Source: Patescibacteria group bacterium
GTDB taxonomy: Bacteria; Patescibacteriota; Gracilibacteria; JAHISY01
DNA: 61,605 bases
NCBI GenBank assembly: GCA_043797545.1
Contig: JAZDPN010000064.1
Coordinates: 1-61,605 of the forward strand
Reading direction: 5' to 3'
The number at the start of each line of letters is the position of its first letter. Position 1 is the stretch's first letter. Shown here piece after piece: positions 58,019-61,605 of this stretch. Position numbers and translations under genes: made by a program. Under the pieces are notes generated by a model. The model was not told the DNA's origin. It saw only the letters and a program-made list of their open reading frames with translations, and did no database searches.

Positions 58019-59551
58019 ATGACTGAAATCGTAAAAATCTTCGACACGACATTGCGCGACGGCGAACAATGCCCCGGCGCGAGTTTGAACCACGATGAAA
58101 AACTGCAAATCGCGGCTCAGCTCGAGAAACTCGGTGTCGATGTGATCGAAGCGGGATTTCCGATCGCATCGCCCGACGATTTTCGCGCAGTGAAGGAAAT
58201 CGCGAAATTGGTCGAAAAATCGACGGTTTGCGGGCTTTCGCGCGCCATCACGAAAGATATTCAAGCGGCGGCGGACGCAATCGCGCCGGCGAAGAAAAAG
58301 CGCATTCACACTTTTCTTGCGACGAGCGACATGCACTTGAAATACAAATTGAAGATGAGCCGAACTGAGGCTCTAGAACGAATCGCCGAAATGATTAAAT
58401 TCGCGAAAAGTTTGGTGCGCGATGTGGAATTCAGTCCGGAAGATGCGAGCCGCAGCGATCCGAAATTCTTACTGAAAGCGCTCGCCGTCGCAGTCAAAAA
58501 TGGCGCGAAAACCTTGAATATTCCGGACACAGTCGGCTACGCTACACCGACAGAATTCGGGAAATTTATCAAAATGATTCGCCAAAATGTGCCGAAAGAT
58601 GTCGTGATTTCGGTGCATTGTCACGACGATCTGGGCTTGGCTGTAGCGAATTCTTTGGCGGCGGTCGAGAACGGCGCGCGGCAGGTCGAGTGCACAGTGA
58701 ACGGCATCGGCGAGCGCGCAGGCAATACGAGTCTCGAGGAAGTCGTAATGGCACTCAAAACGCGCAAAGATTTTTTCCGGAATTTGCGGACGAATATTCA
58801 GCCGAAAGAAATTTATCGGACGAGTCGGCTCGTTTCGAATTTGACTGGTTTCGTCGTCCCGCCGAACAAAGCGATCGTCGGCTCAAACGCTTTCGCGCAC
58901 GAAAGCGGCATTCACCAACACGGCATCATCGCGAAACGCGAAACTTACGAAATCATGAAAGCCGAGGATGTCGGCGTGGAGAAAAATAAATTGGTTTTGG
59001 GGAAACATTCCGGCCGGGCAGCGCTGATTCAGAGAATGGTCGAGCTCGGTTTCAAATTGACGCAAAACGAAGTCGACAAAACTTTCGAGCGCTTCAAAAT
59101 TTTGGCCGACAAAAAGAAAGAAATTTTCGACGAAGATCTCGAGGCTTTGGTTGTGAATGAAATTTCGGAAGCCGCGGCCGAATGGCATGTCGAATCGGTC
59201 GAAGTCGTAGCTGGCAATCGTCGGAAACCGACCGCCGAAATTGCTCTGCGCAATTCGCAAGGTAAGATTTTCAAAAAGAAATCTGGCGGGACTGGACCGG
59301 TCGACGCAGCGTATTCCGCGGTGAACGCGATCGTCGGCGAAAAAGTGAAATTGCTCGAATTTCGGATGGACGCGGTGAGCGAAGGCATCGACGCGCAAGC
59401 GACAGTCACGGTGAAAGTCGAAACAGAGACCGGGCGGATTTACACTGGCAAGGGTAGCCACACCGACATCGTCGTCGCGAGTGTCAAAAGTTATCTGAAT
59501 GCGCTGAATAAAATCGTCGCGGGGAAGGAGCGAATAAAAGTTATTTTGTAA
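58019..59551 (+). CDS. leuA: 2-isopropylmalate synthase
   Basis: IFDTTLRDGEQCPGASL, HCHDDLGLAVANSLAAV, and a C-terminal LeuA regulatory domain. Confidence 0.95.
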   Translation: MTEIVKIFDTTLRDGEQCPGASLNHDEKLQIAAQLEKLGVDVIEAGFPIASPDDFRAVKEIAKLVEKSTVCGLSRAITKDIQAAADAIAPAKKKRIHTFLATSDMHLKYKLKMSRTEALERIAEMIKFAKSLVRDVEFSPEDASRSDPKFLLKALAVAVKNGAKTLNIPDTVGYATPTEFGKFIKMIRQNVPKDVVISVHCHDDLGLAVANSLAAVENGARQVECTVNGIGERAGNTSLEEVVMALKTRKDFFRNLRTNIQPKEIYRTSRLVSNLTGFVVPPNKAIVGSNAFAHESGIHQHGIIAKRETYEIMKAEDVGVEKNKLVLGKHSGRAALIQRMVELGFKLTQNEVDKTFERFKILADKKKEIFDEDLEALVVNEISEAAAEWHVESVEVVAGNRRKPTAEIALRNSQGKIFKKKSGGTGPVDAAYSAVNAIVGEKVKLLEFRMDAVSEGIDAQATVTVKVETETGRIYTGKGSHTDIVVASVKSYLNALNKIVAGKERIKVIL

Positions 59552-59601
59552 ATTTTGGATACCGCTACGCAAATTCCCTTTATTTAAGCCAAATCAAGCT
59601 T

Positions 59602-59621
59602 TTCGCGCAAGCGAATTTTTT
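59602..59621 (+). terminator. short intrinsic terminator after leuA
   Basis: TTCGC-GCAA-GCGAA (5-bp stem, GNRA loop) followed by TTTTTT. Confidence 0.35.
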
Positions 59622-59681
59622 GTGAAAAGTATTGACCGAAATAAAGACCATCTATACTCTTTCGCAAACTTTTTTTCGGGT

Positions 59682-59810
59682 ATGACTGAATTGGAAGAGA
59701 TCGATCTGATGACTGGCAAGGCGCTCAAGCTGCTAACCAAGGTTTTGCTACTCGCTGGAGCTTTCACTTTATTTGGTCTACTAGCGATGAAACTTTTAAA
59801 AGTTTTTTAG
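59682..59810 (+). CDS. hypothetical tail-anchored small membrane peptide (42 aa)
   Basis: MTELEEIDLMTGKALKLLTKVLLLAGAFTLFGLLAMKLLKVF. Preceded by TTGACC-N15-TATACT (59632-59658). Its 3' end overlaps the convergent fumarase gene by 4 nt. Confidence 0.35.
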   Translation: MTELEEIDLMTGKALKLLTKVLLLAGAFTLFGLLAMKLLKVF

Positions 59811-61279
59811 ATTTTACCGCCCTGCGCATCCATCCCGACGATCGCGAGCAAATTTTCAACCTCCAATTCCCACATCGCCTCGGGCATGCCGAACTCGTCG
59901 AGAAAATCGACCCCGCGAACTTCGCGAATCGCGTCCGCGTAAAAAGCCGCCGCGCCGCCGATCGCGTGGCAATAAACCGCGCCGAATTTTTGGAGTGCTT
60001 TTTGGGTCGCCTCTCCCATTCCGCCTTTGCCGATCAAAATGCGAGCACCAGTTTTGGCGAGAAATTGCGGCGTGAATGCATCGAGCCGCGCACTCGTCGT
60101 CGGTCCCGCCGCGACAATTTTCCAAATTTCCTTTTCGGAAAATTTGCCTCGAGCTTGCTTGTAGTGAGCTTGTTGAACCTGTCGAGAGGCGACTTTTTGG
60201 CGAATCGCGATCGGACCGGCGTGAAAAATACCGAGATTTTGCAAATTTTTCGGCAATTTATTTTTGAGTGCGAACTGGTGCACCTGATCGCGCGCGGTGA
60301 AAATACAACCAGAAACCGCTACCAAATCGCCCACCCGTAATTCGCGAACTTCTTTTTCCGAAGTCGGAAGCGTTATTTTTCGCGCATTTTTCGGAGTGAA
60401 ATCCGTCGGGAGCATTCTTTTCGAAAAATCATTCGCGAGAATTTTGCCCGCGGAATCGACTACGATTTTCGCGCGGCGCGTCGCCCAGCACGAGTACGCG
60501 AGCGTCACGAAAAAGCTCGCGGGGTGGCGCGGCAGCTTAGCAATTTTGCAATCGAGCAGCGTCGTCCTCCCGCCGAGCCCGCCCGCGCCGATCCGCGTCG
60601 AATTAATTTTGCGGAGAATCGTCGCTTCCATTTTCGCCAAAACCGGATTGGAATTTGGTGTTCCGATTTTGGTAAGCAGGTTCTTCTTTGCCAATTTGAA
60701 AGCCTCGGCTCGGTCGCCGCCGACGACGATCGACGCGACTCCCGGCGGGCAGCCTTTCGCGACGGAATTTTCGAGCAACTCACGCGCAGCTTTTTCGATC
60801 CCGGCGAGATCGCGTCCGGCAAGCCCGAATTTTGTCTCCGCGGGAAGTGAAATTTGCGCGGACACATTTTCGCTCCCGCCGCCTTTCAGCAAAACTTGAA
60901 TTTTGCTGATCGAACTCGCGGAGATTTCAAATTCGATTTTCGGGCGATTCCCAAGATTTTTGCCGGAAATTGGATCGACAGAATTCGGGCGGAGCAATCC
61001 GACTTTCGTCGCTTTTTTCGTCGCGGCGATAATTGCCTTTCCAATTTTCTCCCAATTTTTTGGCAAGGATTTCACAAAAAAAGTGATCGCCCCGGTGTCT
61101 TGGCAAATCGGACGCGCCGATTTTTTCGCGCGAGCGATATTTTCGAGAATGATCTCGAATGCGATTTTTCCGCGGGCATCGGACTCGCGACTTTTCGCGG
61201 AAATGAGCGACTCGACGACATCCGCTGGCAAATTCGTCGCGGCAGCGTGAATGAGTTCGAAAATCGAGTCAGTAATCAC
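59807..61279 (-). CDS. class I (Fe-S) fumarate hydratase / tartrate dehydratase-type hydro-lyase, fused alpha+beta
   Basis: Alpha part has PICQDTGAITFFVK and KGGGSENVS. Beta part has VSGCIFTARDQVH, GPTTSARLD and LIGKGGMG. GTG start. Confidence 0.85.
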   Translation of the reverse strand: MITDSIFELIHAAATNLPADVVESLISAKSRESDARGKIAFEIILENIARAKKSARPICQDTGAITFFVKSLPKNWEKIGKAIIAATKKATKVGLLRPNSVDPISGKNLGNRPKIEFEISASSISKIQVLLKGGGSENVSAQISLPAETKFGLAGRDLAGIEKAARELLENSVAKGCPPGVASIVVGGDRAEAFKLAKKNLLTKIGTPNSNPVLAKMEATILRKINSTRIGAGGLGGRTTLLDCKIAKLPRHPASFFVTLAYSCWATRRAKIVVDSAGKILANDFSKRMLPTDFTPKNARKITLPTSEKEVRELRVGDLVAVSGCIFTARDQVHQFALKNKLPKNLQNLGIFHAGPIAIRQKVASRQVQQAHYKQARGKFSEKEIWKIVAAGPTTSARLDAFTPQFLAKTGARILIGKGGMGEATQKALQKFGAVYCHAIGGAAAFYADAIREVRGVDFLDEFGMPEAMWELEVENLLAIVGMDAQGGKI

Positions 61280-61285
61280 GCGCGC

Positions 61286-61294
61286 ATTTTAGCC
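61286..61294 (-). promoter_or_regulatory. -10 element (GGCTAAAAT) 6 nt before the fumarase GTG (leaderless geometry)
   Basis: Minus strand reads TGGGCTAAAAT-GCGCGC-GTG. Confidence 0.5.
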
Positions 61295-61299
61295 CAGAT

Positions 61300-61448
61300 G
61301 CAAAAATAGCCCGCCGAGGCGAACTATTTTTGTTTTTGGCTCGATTACTGATTTCGTTAGATAATCCGAGGATTAAAGGACGAGTGATTGAGAGATTTTT
61401 GATTCGCCGAGGCGAGTCAAGAAGAGCAGACAATCTCAGTAAAGGAAC
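61300..61448 (-). ncRNA. candidate ~145-nt small RNA (promoter-to-terminator unit without ORF)
   Basis: Bounded by TTGCAA-N17-TAGAAT (minus strand, 61455-61483) and the terminator at 61306-61327. Contains a second CGCC-GAG-GCG hairpin (61401-61418) and a CU-rich stretch, CCTTTAATCCTCGG. No ATG or GTG codon, and the only TTG frame is 15 codons long. Confidence 0.35.
61306..61337. terminator. bidirectional intrinsic terminator hairpin
   Basis: ATAGCCCGCC-GAGG-CGAACTAT imperfect hairpin, flanked by TTTTTGTTTTT on the plus strand and TTTTTG on the minus strand. Confidence 0.4.
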
Positions 61449-61454
61449 ATGTAT

Positions 61455-61483
61455 ATTCTATCAAAATTTGCCAAAAATTGCAA
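61455..61483 (-). promoter_or_regulatory. near-consensus promoter TTGCAA-N17-TAGAAT on the minus strand
   Basis: Plus strand reads ATTCTA (61455-61460) ... TTGCAA (61478-61483). Confidence 0.45.
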
Positions 61484-61505
61484 ATCTGTTTGCGCGGAAA
61501 TTTTG

Positions 61506-61514
61506 TGGTATCAT
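61506..61514 (+). promoter_or_regulatory. extended -10 (TGGTATCAT) 13 nt upstream of tRNA-Leu
   Basis: Same geometry as the tRNA-fMet promoter. Confidence 0.4.
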
Positions 61515-61527
61515 TCCGCAGTTGCGA

Positions 61528-61605
61528 GCCGGAGTGGCGGAATTGGTAGACGCGCACGACTCAAAATCGTGTGGGGCAACTCGTGAGGGTTCGATTCCCT
61601 CCTCC
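61528..61605 (+). tRNA. tRNA-Leu (CAA), 3' acceptor strand truncated by window edge
   Basis: GCCGGAGTGGCGGAATTGGTAGACGCGCACGACTCAAAATCGTGTGGGGCAACTCGTGAGGGTTCGATTCCCTCCTCC. Long variable arm (class II) and anticodon loop CTCAAAA. Confidence 0.85.

Noticed and set aside
61401-61440. SRP (4.5S) RNA domain IV
   Set aside because: GUCAAGAAGAGCAGAC loosely resembles GUCCGGAAGGAAGCAGCC. However, the hairpin loop is CGAG rather than GNRA/GGAA, and the symmetric and asymmetric loop pattern is missing. The region is kept only as an unclassified sRNA candidate.

Overview
61.6-kb chromosomal segment from a small, tightly packed bacterial genome. Gene content and architecture suggest Patescibacteria/CPR, but this is inference only because no search was possible. 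I support about 70 protein genes and 3 tRNAs: initiator tRNA-Met, tRNA-Thr(GGT), and a tRNA-Leu(CAA) cut by the right window edge. No rRNA, CRISPR array, transposase or integrase is visible. Core content includes cysS, tilS, infC-rpmI-rplT, rplO-secY, mltG-ybaB, rpsB/tsf, aroD, a U32 peptidase, dus, metF, dprA, a phospholipid operon (gpsA/pgsA/pgpA plus a CarS-like gene), argG, aspS, rpsF-ssb-rpsR, rplU, thyX-cysE, valS, leuA/leuD and a fused class-I fumarase. AT-richer accessory islets with unrecognisable genes lie between the core blocks. Main second-look items: (1) a 785-aa triple fusion of a RimK-type ATP-grasp ligase, a RimB-like barrel and a DUF1704/MATCAP-like carboxypeptidase. (2) An 833-aa novel protein with a GNAT/N-acyltransferase-like tail, followed by a ~9-TM histidine kinase and a convergent orphan receiver. 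(3) A cNMP cluster (CHASE2 cyclase, two stand-alone cNMP-binding proteins, a FecR-like surface protein) ending in pilT. (4) A Leu-rich leader peptide with mutually exclusive hairpins upstream of leuA. (5) A conserved TGCTAAAAT promoter placed 6-7 nt before many start codons, implying leaderless mRNAs. (6) A duplicated DJ-1 gene tail beside three paralogous small genes. (7) An AspRS-YbaK fusion. (8) Heptameric CYTANNN intergenic repeats. (9) A candidate ~145-nt sRNA. CDS coordinates follow the supplied ORF track, with starts revised by codon arithmetic. Hand-located short motifs may be off by 1-2 nt.
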